32,000 nt of DNA from assembly GCF_000025945.1 (NCBI RefSeq), contig NC_006138.1, forward strand, positions 3,090,001 to 3,122,000, given 5' to 3'. Positions within the stretch are counted from its first letter, which is position 1, and each line of letters opens with the position of its first letter. The notes under the pieces were generated by a model. It saw only the letters and a program-made list of their open reading frames with translations. It searched no databases and was not told the DNA's origin. Below are positions 1 through 9,857 of this stretch, piece after piece. A program made the translations under genes and the position numbers. The DNA comes from Desulfotalea psychrophila LSv54. Lineage in GTDB: Bacteria > Desulfobacterota > Desulfobulbia > Desulfobulbales > Desulfocapsaceae.

Positions 1-1109
1 ATCAACAGCTCTTCTTTACGAGTACCAGAACGTCGAATATCAATGGCAGGAAAAATTCTCTTATCTGCCATCTTACGATCAAGTACCAACTCCATGTTAC
101 CCGTACCCTTGAACTCTTCGAAGATAACCTCATCCATGCGGCTTCCGGTCTCGATAAGGGCCGTAGCTATGATGGTGAGACTGCCACCTTCTTCGATGTT
201 TCGAGCAGCACCAAAAAATCTCTTTGGACGATGCAGGGCGTTAGCCTCAACACCACCGGATAGAATTTTACCACTTGCAGGAGTAACGGTATTGTATGCC
301 CGCGCAAGTCTTGTAATACTATCAAGCAGAATAACAACATCTTTTTTATGCTCTACCAATCTCTTGGCCTTCTCAATAACCATTTCAGCAACTTGAATAT
401 GTCGCTGTGGTGGTTCATCAAAGGTAGAACTGACAACCTCTGCAGCCTTAACCGAACGGGACATCTCGGTAACCTCTTCCGGACGCTCATCAATAAGCAG
501 TACTATCAGGTACACCTCTGGATGATTGCGTACAATTGTATTGGCAAGTTTCTGCATAAAAACAGTTTTACCAGTACGGGGAGGAGCTACAAGCAGGCCA
601 CGTTGTCCCTTACCAATAGGGGCAAACAGATCCATTGCCCGTATGGAATAATTATCTGAATCGCAGTCTAGATCAAAGGCCTCGTCGGGATGAAGAGGGG
701 TGAGATTACCAAACAGAGTCTTCTGTTTAGCTGCCTCGGGAGAATCAAAGTTGACACTCTCGACTTTCAAAAGGGCAAAATATCTCTCGCCTTCCTTAGG
801 GGCACGCACCATACCGTCAATGGTATCACCTGTTCTCAAATTCAACCTGCGAATTTGCGATGGAGACACATAGATATCATCTGGACCTGGCAAGTAATTA
901 TAATCAGGAGCCCGGAGAAAGCCAAAGCCATCTGGAAGAATCTCCAGAACTCCGCTTCCACGCATCTTGCCTTCTTTATCAGCCTGGGCCTGCAGAATTG
1001 CAAAGATCAGCTCCTGCTTACGCAATATGCTATAACCCTCAACATTCAATTGGCGCGCAAGTTGTACCAGGTCTCCAATTTTTTTCAGCTTTAATTCCGC
1101 CAGATTCAT
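1..1109 (-). CDS. rho: Transcription termination factor Rho (N-terminal ~370 codons; the C-terminus runs off the left edge of the window)
   Basis: It is absent from the ORF track because there is no in-window stop. My reverse-strand translation from ATG 1109..1107 gives [95 protein letters not shown]... It continues with [20 protein letters not shown] (Walker A), [24 protein letters not shown] and [33 protein letters not shown] Shine-Dalgarno lies just upstream. Confidence 0.95.
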   Translation of the reverse strand, partial: MNLAELKLKKIGDLVQLARQLNVEGYSILRKQELIFAILQAQADKEGKMRGSGVLEILPDGFGFLRAPDYNYLPGPDDIYVSPSQIRRLNLRTGDTIDGMVRAPKEGERYFALLKVESVNFDSPEAAKQKTLFGNLTPLHPDEAFDLDCDSDNYSIRAMDLFAPIGKGQRGLLVAPPRTGKTVFMQKLANTIVRNHPEVYLIVLLIDERPEEVTEMSRSVKAAEVVSSTFDEPPQRHIQVAEMVIEKAKRLVEHKKDVVILLDSITRLARAYNTVTPASGKILSGGVEANALHRPKRFFGAARNIEEGGSLTIIATALIETGSRMDEVIFEEFKGTGNMELVLDRKMADKRIFPAIDIRRSGTRKEELL

Positions 1110-1438
1110 TAATTCTCCTCTCCTCTAAAGGCATTGGCAGGATACATATCACTCATACGATCAGACATTTTATTTACACTTCAGAGATATTTTTTTAGTG
1201 AAATATATCAAAGACTATCGATATAAATCGTATTCAAGCACATTTATTAGCAAATAAGGAAGAAGCTGACACACAGATAGCTCGGAAAAAAACACGCTAA
1301 AAAAATTTCTGCTGGTTTGGAAAGAAAAATTTCCGGGTCTTCCTAAGGGGATGCAGGCTTATATAAATGAAGAATAGTGGTTTGCGGTTAACAAGTTGAG
1401 TCGGTAATAACCGAATTTGATTTTCAACAATCTTGTTC

Positions 1439-1467
1439 CTTATACGTAGTACAGCTTGCGGTGTCAA
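1439..1467 (-). promoter_or_regulatory. Candidate sigma70-type promoter for rho
   Basis: Read on the minus strand: TTGACA (1467..1462), a 17-nt spacer, then TATAAG (1444..1439). This implies a ~320-nt leader before the rho ATG at 1109. It is a sequence match only. Confidence 0.4.
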
Positions 1468-1533
1468 GCACTTTCATCATACAAAGAGGCTTTTAGCTAT
1501 TTTTCACCGGCTAACAAAATGCTAGCCACATAA

Positions 1534-2133
1534 TTACTTCTTTTTTTCTATTCTGTCCGCCACGAAAAACAGAATCTGGCTGTATGTCGCCGCAAAGAGC
1601 CCATCGTTATTAATGATAAAGTCAGCACGGGCCTCCTTAATAGCAAGCGGCAGTTGAGAGGCTATGATGCTCGTGGCCAAACTGGCCCGAACATCATCCC
1701 TACGCATAGCCCTGCTTATGGCAATATCCTCAGCTACCGATACCACAATGACCATATCAAAATCATAGGACTGATCGCTCTCAAAGAGTAGCGGTATTTC
1801 AGCAACCAAATGTTTATCACAGACATCTGCCCGCAAACCAGCATCGACAATCTGCCTATGGGCAAGGGGATGCAGGATGGCCTCTAACTCTTTTTTACTG
1901 GCCGGATCAAGGAAAATTTTTTCCCGTACCGCCTCCCGATCCACCTCTCCATCCTCAGAGAAATAGTCAGGGCCCCAAAGTTCCTTCAGCTGTTGCCAGC
2001 CCGTAGCCCCCACCTGCAACTCATTCTTACAGGCAATGTCGGCAGAGATAAAAAAGCAGTCCAGCAGAGTCGTTAATACGGCACTGACGCTACTCTTTCC
2101 TGAACTATAACCACCTGTCACAGCAATCTTCAT
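1534..2133 (-). CDS. coaE: Dephospho-CoA kinase
   Basis: 199-aa ORF with N-terminal P-loop VTGGYSSGKSS and CoaE-like layout (LHPL..., EIPLLFE). Its start is 3 nt after the rluD stop. Confidence 0.88.
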   Translation of the reverse strand: MKIAVTGGYSSGKSSVSAVLTTLLDCFFISADIACKNELQVGATGWQQLKELWGPDYFSEDGEVDREAVREKIFLDPASKKELEAILHPLAHRQIVDAGLRADVCDKHLVAEIPLLFESDQSYDFDMVIVVSVAEDIAISRAMRRDDVRASLATSIIASQLPLAIKEARADFIINNDGLFAATYSQILFFVADRIEKKK

Positions 2134-2136
2134 AAA

Positions 2137-3120
2137 CTACTCCAAAGCTCCAGACCAGTCCATATCCTCAAGGACCTCCTGAAAGTCCTGCCACAACGGA
2201 GCGGTAAAGCTCATCGTCCTTCCCGTCACTGGATGAGGGAGGCGCAAACGCGAGGCATGTAGCATCTGTCGAGCAAAGGCAGGGTTCTGTCTCTTTGAAC
2301 CGTAAACCTGATCACCTGCAATGGGGCAACCAATTGAGCTCATATGCACCCGTATCTGGTGAGTTCTGCCTGTCTCAATATGTACTCTGAGAAGGGAATA
2401 GGGACCATCCTTGGTTTCAAAGACCTCCACTACCTGCCAATTTGTTGCGGCAAACTTACCTGTTCGCTCACTTATTGCCATCTTTTGCCGATGCACTGAG
2501 TGACGACCAATGGGGGCAACAATACGTCCTTCATATTTTTTGGGAATGCCACAGACGAGGGCATGATAGACCTTATATACCTGCCTCTCCTTAAAAGAGT
2601 CCACCAGGGTGCGCAAACTCCTTTCATCCTTGGCTACCACCATCGCCCCCGAGGTATCCTTATCAAGGCGATGAACTATGCCTGGACGGATAGCATCTCC
2701 AACACCGCCAATTTCCCGACAATGATAGAGAAGGCCATGAACCAGGGTCCCTTCGGTATTACCATTACCCGGATGCACAACTATCCCCGGTGGTTTGGAA
2801 AGAACAAGCAGAGAGTCATCTTCATAGATAGACTCAAAATCAACCTGCTGAGGTTCCAAGCTCAGAGGAGGCGCCTGCCACAGAGCACAGGTAACAGTCT
2901 CTCCCTCCTTCAGACGGTAGCTACTCTTTTTCACCTCGTCATCAACAAGAACCAACTCTTTTTTATTGGAAAGAGTTATGAGGGCCCGAGAAACATCGGG
3001 CAGAGAAAAGGCCAGAAATTGATCCAGGCGCGTTCCACGCTGATTATACGAAACAGAAAATTCAAACTTCTGCTGATCGGACACACTATTTTCTATATTT
3101 TCTGAAGACAAGGGAAGCAT
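2137..3120 (-). CDS. rluD: RluA-family 23S rRNA pseudouridine synthase (RluD-like)
   Basis: 327-aa ORF with an S4-like N-terminus (GTRLDQFLA), the catalytic motif HRLDKDTSG and THQIRVH. No Shine-Dalgarno is visible; a C8 run precedes the ATG. Confidence 0.88.
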   Translation of the reverse strand: MLPLSSENIENSVSDQQKFEFSVSYNQRGTRLDQFLAFSLPDVSRALITLSNKKELVLVDDEVKKSSYRLKEGETVTCALWQAPPLSLEPQQVDFESIYEDDSLLVLSKPPGIVVHPGNGNTEGTLVHGLLYHCREIGGVGDAIRPGIVHRLDKDTSGAMVVAKDERSLRTLVDSFKERQVYKVYHALVCGIPKKYEGRIVAPIGRHSVHRQKMAISERTGKFAATNWQVVEVFETKDGPYSLLRVHIETGRTHQIRVHMSSIGCPIAGDQVYGSKRQNPAFARQMLHASRLRLPHPVTGRTMSFTAPLWQDFQEVLEDMDWSGALE

Positions 3121-3153
3121 AGACAGATGGGGGGGGAATAATAACTAAGAATC

Positions 3154-3192
3154 AAAAAGAGCCTGCATATTTCTCACGAAATACAGAGACTC
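3154..3192 (-). terminator. Rho-independent terminator after the carD-like gene
   Basis: On the minus strand: GAGTCTCTGTATTTC-GTGA-GAAATATGCAGGCTC (15-bp stem with 3 G-U pairs and 1 mismatch), followed by TTTTTGATT. Confidence 0.6.
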
Positions 3193-3227
3193 TCTTTTCG
3201 ACAGATAAGTACTGGTAAAAAAACAAA

Positions 3228-3725
3228 CTAAGAAAAAATTGCGTCTATTTGATCACTCATTGCCACTTCTTCAATTTTTTTAGCAAGAGAGAGCTCTTTA
3301 ACAAGTAAGCCCTTGGCTGTGTCGAGCATTTTACGCTCGCCATAGGAGAGATCTTTATCAACGCTGAGCAGAAAGAGATCACGAAGAACAGCAGCAACTT
3401 CATGCACAGAACCAGTCTTAATTTTTTCCATGTAATCACGATAGCGACGATTCCAGGTCTGAGAGCCCAATTCCACATCTCTATCTTCGAGAATGGTAAC
3501 GACCTCACTTACCTGCTCTTCGCTGACTATGGCACGCAATCCGACTTTCTCACTGCTTGCAGTTGGGATCATAATAGTCATATTATTCCCCATAATCTCC
3601 ATAACGTAGAAAGACTGATCGGTTCCAGCAACGGTCTGGGTTTCCACAGATTTAATAACACCAACACCATGGGCTGGATATACAGCCATATCACCTGCAA
3701 CAAACACTGATACTCTCCCTATCAT
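3228..3725 (-). CDS. carD: CarD/CdnL-family RNA-polymerase-binding transcription factor
   Basis: Carries the N-terminal CarD_CdnL_TRCF motif GDMAVYPAHGVGVI. The true start is probably GTG at 3707 (MFVAGD...), which has a GGGAGA SD 6 nt upstream. The ORF-track ATG at 3725 adds 6 residues. Confidence 0.88.
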   Translation of the reverse strand: MIGRVSVFVAGDMAVYPAHGVGVIKSVETQTVAGTDQSFYVMEIMGNNMTIMIPTASSEKVGLRAIVSEEQVSEVVTILEDRDVELGSQTWNRRYRDYMEKIKTGSVHEVAAVLRDLFLLSVDKDLSYGERKMLDTAKGLLVKELSLAKKIEEVAMSDQIDAIFS

Positions 3726-4032
3726 TTTTTACAGCTCCGCACTATCCGGACAACTTTGGTTAGCAGGCCCAGAACAACAAGGCAGGCTAAAAAACAAACA
3801 TTTACAGGGATTACTAAAGCACCGAAAACAAGAAAAACATTCGGCAAAATTTACAAGAAACAGTCAATTAAACTTGTCTCTTACATCCCTTGAGCTTGTT
3901 TCCTGAAGGCATAAAAAACGCCCCCAACTAACAAGACACTCGTTTACTATACCATATTTAGCGCAAATTTTCTCGGTTTTTCGACGTTTTGCCCAGCTAG
4001 AAGCAAATAAGAGCGCTTACCAAGGGGGATCT

Positions 4033-4626
4033 CTACCTTAAACTATTCAAAACAGTTGCAGCTGCAGCAGGAGAATCCCGAAAAAATGTCTCTAAGCCTG
4101 CCGCTATGGCATCATATCGTCCAACAATAATATCAAGTTGCTCAGCTGAAAATGGCGCCAGCACATATTTATCAACGGGTATCTCGGGATGAATACCATG
4201 CTTTCCTGGTCGCCCCACCCCTATCTTCAAACGATAATAATCGACAAAGCCAAGGGAGGAATTAATTGACTTGATACCATTATGCCCGCCTGCTCCCCCA
4301 CCGCGGACCAACTTCACTCGCCCCGGGGCCATATCAATATCATCATGAATAACGATAATATTTTCAGCCACAATCTTAAAAAAACGTACATACTCGGCCA
4401 CGGCAAGACCACTCCGATTCATATAGGTAAGCGGTTGCATAAGGGCAAGAGAATTGCCCGCCACCCTGGCCTTACGAAAAGTAGAGTTATATTTTTCTAT
4501 TGAATTACTACCGGACCAACGAGAGGAAAGATCATCAAGCAACAGACTACCGGCATTATGCCGCGTATCCTGATACTCACGCCCTGGATTTCCAAGGCCT
4601 ACAAGAAGATATTCGTTTACACCCAT
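4033..4626 (-). CDS. pth: Peptidyl-tRNA hydrolase
   Basis: Motifs LLVGLGNPG..Y..TRHNAG and VIHDDIDM. I trimmed the start to ATG 4626..4624, which has a GGAGA SD 4 nt upstream. The ORF-track start at 4680 is a TTG with no SD. Confidence 0.93.
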   Translation of the reverse strand: MGVNEYLLVGLGNPGREYQDTRHNAGSLLLDDLSSRWSGSNSIEKYNSTFRKARVAGNSLALMQPLTYMNRSGLAVAEYVRFFKIVAENIIVIHDDIDMAPGRVKLVRGGGAGGHNGIKSINSSLGFVDYYRLKIGVGRPGKHGIHPEIPVDKYVLAPFSAEQLDIIVGRYDAIAAGLETFFRDSPAAAATVLNSLR

Positions 4627-4725
4627 GATTTCTCCTGGATAAAAAAAATCCGAGAAAGGACAAACCTTTCTCGGATTCAAAATCTACAGAGGCAAGCCAC
4701 AAACTACATAGCAAGATTCCGAAAA

Positions 4726-5277
4726 TTACTTAAGAACAGCAACCATAACTCTAGCTGCAGGTGTTACCATAACAACATTTTCTGCCAAGGCAACATCTGC
4801 TACGGTGAGTTGCTCATCAATTGCAAGGTCAGCAATATTAATAACAAACTCGTTTGGAATATCCAAAGGCTTAGCCTTAAGAATAACACTGGTAAGATGG
4901 CTTTCCAAACGACCACCAAGATCAACACCCTTAGGAGTTCCCTCGAAGGTCACAGGTACGGTGAACTCACGCGCCTGATCAAGATCAATTTCACAGAAAT
5001 CAACATGAACCAAGGCATCGGTAACAGGATCACTTTGTATTTCAGCGATAACAACATTCTTCGCGTCCTGGCCATCAACGCTAAGACTTACAACAGTGTT
5101 AACTCTAGAAAATTCCAAAAGTTGTGTCATCAAGATCTTCGCATCCATCTGCAAAGGCAAGGCTGCTTTACCTGCACCATAAACAACGGCAGGAGTAATT
5201 CCTTGCTGACGAAGACGACGCATAGGGCCTTTACCAAAAGCTTCTCTTACAGAAGCGGTCATTTCTACTTGAAACAT
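4726..5277 (-). CDS. rplY: 50S ribosomal protein L25 / general stress protein Ctc
   Basis: 183-aa ORF with an L25/Ctc-like N-terminus (RRLRQQGITPAVVYG). It sits in the conserved prs-rplY-pth order. Confidence 0.88.
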   Translation of the reverse strand: MFQVEMTASVREAFGKGPMRRLRQQGITPAVVYGAGKAALPLQMDAKILMTQLLEFSRVNTVVSLSVDGQDAKNVVIAEIQSDPVTDALVHVDFCEIDLDQAREFTVPVTFEGTPKGVDLGGRLESHLTSVILKAKPLDIPNEFVINIADLAIDEQLTVADVALAENVVMVTPAARVMVAVLK

Positions 5278-5353
5278 GTATTTTTCCTCCGGCTACTCTC
5301 CCATGCATTTCCACATGGTACCATTGCCAACAAAAAGAATTTATAAAATATTA

Positions 5354-6295
5354 TTAAACAAACAAAGAACTTACAGAATCCTCATTATGGATTCTTTCAA
5401 TAGCATCTGCAAGCAATGCTGAAACAGACAACTGCTTAATTTTCGGGCAGTTCTTTGCCTCTTCCCCTAAAGGAATAGTATTAGTTACCACAAAGCTCTT
5501 CAGATCAGAATTGGTAATTCTCTCTACGGCAGGCCCTGAAAGAACAGGGTGAGTACAACAGGCATGAACCTCTTTAGCACCGTTCTCAAGAAGAGTCTTG
5601 GCACCATTACAAATGGTACCCGCAGTATCCGCCATATCATCCATCAAAATGGCTACTTTACCCCTCACATCACCGATAACATGCATCGCTTCACACTCAT
5701 TGGGACGATCACGACGTTTATCAATAATAGCAAGACCGGTATTCAAGCGTTTAGCAAAGGCACGAGTTCTCTCAACGCCACCGGCATCGGGAGAGACCAT
5801 AACAACATCCTCACCAAACTCCTTCTTAATATGCTTAAGAAGAACGGGCGCAGCATAGAGATGATCAACGGGAATATTGAAAAAACCTTGAATTTGTCCT
5901 GCGTGCAGATCCATGCAAAGAACACGACGCACACCCACGGCCATAAACATCTCTGCAACAACTTTTGCGGAGATAGGCACACGGGGAGCACTTTTTCGAT
6001 CCTGGCGAGCATAACCGTAATAGGGAACAACAGCAGTTATTCGTCGAGCAGAAGCACGCCTCAAGGCGTCGACCATGAGCACCAGTTCCATCAAGTTATC
6101 ATTTACAGGGGTGCAGGTGGGCTGAACGATAAACGCGTCAGTACCACGAACATTTTTCTTGATCTCGACAAAAATCTCGCCATCACTGAATTTACGCACG
6201 TCAGCTTCGCTAACCTGCATACCTAAATGGGCAGCAATCTCATCGGCCAACTGCGGATGAGCGTTACCTGAGAAAATTTTTATTATATTTGGCAT
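5354..6295 (-). CDS. prs: Ribose-phosphate pyrophosphokinase
   Basis: 313-aa ORF with [21 protein letters not shown] and the PRPP loop [12 protein letters not shown]. Confidence 0.95.
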
Positions 6296-6341
6296 GGTAA
6301 TCTACGTAGAAGAGAACGGAAAACTAATTAATTGAAAAGAT

Positions 6342-6416
6342 TGGCTGGGGCGGCAGGATTCGAACCTACGCATGCCAGGATCAAAACCTGGTGCCTTACC
6401 GCTTGGCGACGCCCCA
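6342..6416 (-). tRNA. tRNA-Gln (anticodon UUG), copy A, CCA encoded
   Basis: Reverse complement: TGGGGCG TC GCC AAGCGGTAA GGC A CCAGG TTTTGAT CCTGG CATGC GTAGG TTCGAAT CCTGC CGCCCCA G CCA. This gives a 7-bp acceptor stem, a 3-bp D stem, a 5-bp anticodon stem with loop UUUUGAU (anticodon UUG) and a TTCGAAT T-loop. Confidence 0.95.
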
Positions 6417-6601
6417 TCCTCACAAATTGCTTTCGCAACGAACATCTACAGCCGCCCAAAGAACAAGAATAATTCCAAGAACACCTGCAAAATCTTTTTG
6501 ACCCTCGCGGAGCCATAAGCATTTCCGCGAAGTAATGTACCAAATCTACGCAGCAGTTGCAAGCATTTTTTGTTCACCTGTTAAAAAACAGGTAACAAAA
6601 G

Positions 6602-6676
6602 TGGCTGGGGCGGCAGGATTCGAACCTACGCATGCCAGGATCAAAACCTGGTGCCTTACCGCTTGGCGACGCCCCA
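6602..6676 (-). tRNA. tRNA-Gln (anticodon UUG), copy B, CCA encoded
   Basis: Identical to copy A at 75 of 75 nt. It starts 5 nt after the ispE stop codon. Confidence 0.95.
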
Positions 6677-6681
6677 AACCA

Positions 6682-7581
6682 TCAAACTGCCTGTACTGCA
6701 AAAACCTTCTCACCATACTTGCAAGACAGAACCTTACAAACCTGGTTAATTTTTTTCTGCCCCACGGACCTCTGAAAAACCCCAAAAACCGTAGAACCAC
6801 TTCCAGACATCATCACCGCCGAAGCACCATTGGCTTCCAAGAGACTTTTCATCTCGTCAATAGCCGGACACAGATCACTAACAATCTCTTCAAGATCGTT
6901 ATGCATGTAATCCAGCAAAGAGGCTCGTTCGTGCACCCTGAAAGGACGCGCAAAGATATTTCTTTTTGGACTTAATGTCAACGAAAATCTTTCAAATATT
7001 TCTTTTGTTGAAATAAAAATCCCAGGATTAACTAGAATAAAATCAAATTCTTTCGTTGATTCAAGGGGCTGGAGAATATCTCCTATGCCTGTGGCAAATG
7101 CCGCCGACATCTCCGAAGCAAAAAAAGGCACATCGGCCCCCAGAGGACGGGCCATTTCAATCAACTCCTCTTCGCTAAACTCATTGTCCAAAAGCTGATT
7201 CAAGCCTCGGAGCACAGTACCGGCATCACTGCTACCACCCCCAAGACCTGCCCCGACGGGTATATTTTTCTCAAGACTTATGCGCACCCCCCGCTGCCCC
7301 ACCCGGGAACTCCTGGCGAGATAGGCAAGGGCCGCACGCACGGCAAGATTTTTTTCATCAAGAGGAATATCACCATCACTGCAGACAAGACTCACCCCAG
7401 ACTGCTTCGTCAAACAGAGCTCCAGCTCATCATAGAGACTGACCTTTTGCATATGAGTTGCCAGATCATGGTAGCCATCCGCACGCCGACTGAGCACCTG
7501 CAGAGAGAGATTGACCTTCGCAGGTGCACGCATATGTAGACGGGTAGCCACTTGAGCCAACTCACCTTCATTTCTATCCAT
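6682..7581 (-). CDS. ispE: 4-diphosphocytidyl-2-C-methyl-D-erythritol kinase
   Basis: GHMP-kinase motifs APAKVNLSL and PVGAGLGGGSSDA. An alternative start is ATG 7533 (MRAPAKVNL). Confidence 0.9.
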   Translation of the reverse strand: MDRNEGELAQVATRLHMRAPAKVNLSLQVLSRRADGYHDLATHMQKVSLYDELELCLTKQSGVSLVCSDGDIPLDEKNLAVRAALAYLARSSRVGQRGVRISLEKNIPVGAGLGGGSSDAGTVLRGLNQLLDNEFSEEELIEMARPLGADVPFFASEMSAAFATGIGDILQPLESTKEFDFILVNPGIFISTKEIFERFSLTLSPKRNIFARPFRVHERASLLDYMHNDLEEIVSDLCPAIDEMKSLLEANGASAVMMSGSGSTVFGVFQRSVGQKKINQVCKVLSCKYGEKVFAVQAV

Positions 7582-7601
7582 TTACCAAAGCCCCATTATT
7601 A

Positions 7602-7931
7602 CTATTTCATACTGCGCACATAACGCATCTTAACATCGTAGACAATTTCCCCGAGCATCTCCGCCTCTTCCTCTGTCAAGTTGCCCTTGGTCTTCTCCTC
7701 AAGCAGGACAAGGGTATCTATAGTATGACGGGCAAGTTCCTTATCTATATTTTTCTGTTTCGTATTTGGATCTGGAATTTCGCCAAGATGATACAACACA
7801 GAGGTATTAAGAGACATAATAAAGGCCGAAAAGGTGACCTCCGGCATCTTGCAGTATCCATTGCCATTACCGTTACACCTTCCCCCTGTTGCCTCTGCTG
7901 ATCCGCATGCTTTTTTTTGCTCGCTCATCAT
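7602..7931 (-). CDS. DUF1844 domain protein
   Basis: 109-aa ORF. The segment FSAFIMSLNTSVLYHLGEIPDPNTKQKNIDKELARHTIDTLVLLEEKTKGNLTEEEAEML matches the DUF1844 pattern as I remember it. Confidence 0.78.
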   Translation of the reverse strand: MMSEQKKACGSAEATGGRCNGNGNGYCKMPEVTFSAFIMSLNTSVLYHLGEIPDPNTKQKNIDKELARHTIDTLVLLEEKTKGNLTEEEAEMLGEIVYDVKMRYVRSMK

Positions 7932-8157
7932 CTCCCCCTTTTAAAACCTGACCTAATAAAAATACTCATTGAAAAGAACAATAAAAGTTGCCTTTTTTTC
8001 AAAACAAAATATACCTTTTCACCGAACTGAGGACAACAGCTATCATTGCCCATAAAAAAATATCTGCGTGAGTCAAAAGAGCCTCAAGCTATACATTATA
8101 TATTGAACATTGAATGTGAAAAAGATATAAACCTCTATCCTTGTTTTACAAGAACCT

Positions 8158-8186
8158 TTGCAAGAAAAAAACTTACACCATATAAC
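8158..8186 (+). promoter_or_regulatory. Candidate sigma70-type promoter for gltX-glnS
   Basis: TTGCAA (8158..8163), a 17-nt spacer, then TATAAC (8181..8186), about 150 nt upstream of the gltX ATG. It is a sequence match only. Confidence 0.35.
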
Positions 8187-8335
8187 AGCGATTTTTTGTT
8201 ATATTCGACATAAACACGATAAGATGAGAAAAAGCTCACGCCAGAAGCACTGGACAACATTTTCTTCATCATCGATAAATATATTACTGAATAGAGAGCC
8301 TCTTGCCTAGCCGGGGAAGCTCCAAGGAGTATGTT

Positions 8336-9811
8336 ATGACAGAGACACGACTACGATTTCCCCCCAGCCCCACAGGTTATCTCCACATCGGTGGTGCCAG
8401 AACTGCACTCTACAACTGGCTCTATGCCAAACAGCATGGTGGCAAACTCGTCCTTCGCATAGAGGACACCGACACCGAAAGGTCCACCGAGGAATCCATC
8501 AAGGGCATCGTAGACGGACTCGATTGGTTGGGAATTGACTTTGATGAGGGACCATATTTTCAAACCGACTTTGCAAGTGATCACAAGAGTGCTGCCCAGA
8601 AGCTTCTTGATTCAGGACAGGCATACAAGTGCTTTTGTAGCAAGGAATCACTGGACGAAAAACGCGAAGCAGCCCTCGCTGCCAAGAAGAGCCTGGGCTA
8701 TGACGGCACCTGCCGCAACCTCACCGCCGAGCAGATTGCCGAGAAAGAGGCAGCTGGAGCCCCCTATGTACTCCGCTTTCGTGTACCTGAGTGTGAATCT
8801 GTCTCCTACGAAGACAAGATTGCCGGCACCATCCGCGTCGCCCGCTCCGAAATAGATGACTTTGTTATTGTCCGTTCCAACGGTGCCCCTCTTTATCTTC
8901 TCTGCAATGTAGTCGATGATATTCGCGATCGCATCTCCCATGTCATTCGTGGCCAGGATCACATGACCAATACCATCAAGCAGATTCTTCTCTATGAGGC
9001 CCTTGATGCGCCAATTCCTGTTTTCGCCCATATGCCCCTTACCCTGGACAACAAGAGGGCAAAAATTTCCAAGCGGAGTCATGGAGAAATTGTTGCCGTT
9101 CAATTCTATCGTGATCACGGTTTTCTCCCCTGGGCACTGAACAACTTCCTGGCCATGCTTGGCTGGTCTGCAGGTGATGACAAGGAATTTTACACCAAGG
9201 AAGAGCTCCTAAAGGCCTTTTCTCTTGAGCGCATCAACAAATCAAGCTCAATATTCAACTACCGCAAGGGTGATCCAAAGTTCTTCACCGACCCCAAGGC
9301 AATCTCCATGAACGAGCACTATATTCGCAACATGGATATTACCGAACTCGGTAAATTGGTGCAAAAAGAGCTGGAGGCAGATGGCCTGTGGGATACCGCC
9401 TACGCAGACGAAAAGGCAGATTGGTATCTGGCAACCATTGATATGATCCGCGCAAGATTCCACACCCTAAAGGATTTTGCCACCCTCGGCCGTGCCTACT
9501 TTGGCGAAGACTACGTGGTGGAAGAGAAGCCTCTTAAGAAAAATGTTCTTAAATTTGAAGGTCTTAAAGAGTGGTTACCTCTTCTCGGCGAGCGATATGC
9601 CTCCCTTGATGATTTCTCCGCAGAGGAGACCGAAAGAGTTGCCCGCGAACTCGCCGATGAGCTTGAATTAAAACCAGGTGTCATCATTAACGGTATGCGT
9701 ACCGCGGTAACAGGCCAGCTTGCAGGTCCATCCATGTTTGATATTGTCACCACCCTGGGCCAGGAACGCATGGTCAAGAGACTCCGTGAAGCAGGAAGAC
9801 TGTTTGCATAA
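8336..9811 (+). CDS. gltX: Glutamyl-tRNA synthetase
   Basis: HIGH motif PSPTGYLHIGGA and a KMSKS-type KISKRS. An AAGGAG SD (8324..8329) lies 6 nt before ATG 8336. The ORF-track start at 8303 is a TTG. Confidence 0.95.
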   Translation: MTETRLRFPPSPTGYLHIGGARTALYNWLYAKQHGGKLVLRIEDTDTERSTEESIKGIVDGLDWLGIDFDEGPYFQTDFASDHKSAAQKLLDSGQAYKCFCSKESLDEKREAALAAKKSLGYDGTCRNLTAEQIAEKEAAGAPYVLRFRVPECESVSYEDKIAGTIRVARSEIDDFVIVRSNGAPLYLLCNVVDDIRDRISHVIRGQDHMTNTIKQILLYEALDAPIPVFAHMPLTLDNKRAKISKRSHGEIVAVQFYRDHGFLPWALNNFLAMLGWSAGDDKEFYTKEELLKAFSLERINKSSSIFNYRKGDPKFFTDPKAISMNEHYIRNMDITELGKLVQKELEADGLWDTAYADEKADWYLATIDMIRARFHTLKDFATLGRAYFGEDYVVEEKPLKKNVLKFEGLKEWLPLLGERYASLDDFSAEETERVARELADELELKPGVIINGMRTAVTGQLAGPSMFDIVTTLGQERMVKRLREAGRLFA

Positions 9812-9857
9812 ACCTATCGGCAACATCAACATATAGAGCACAAACGAGAATAATTTT

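Noticed and set aside
6328-6800. Two minus-strand ORFs (6328..6543 and 6546..6800) share the peptide RRQAVRHQVLILACVGSNPAAPA.
   Set aside because: The shared peptide is simply the translation of the two identical tRNA-Gln genes. These are not protein-coding genes.
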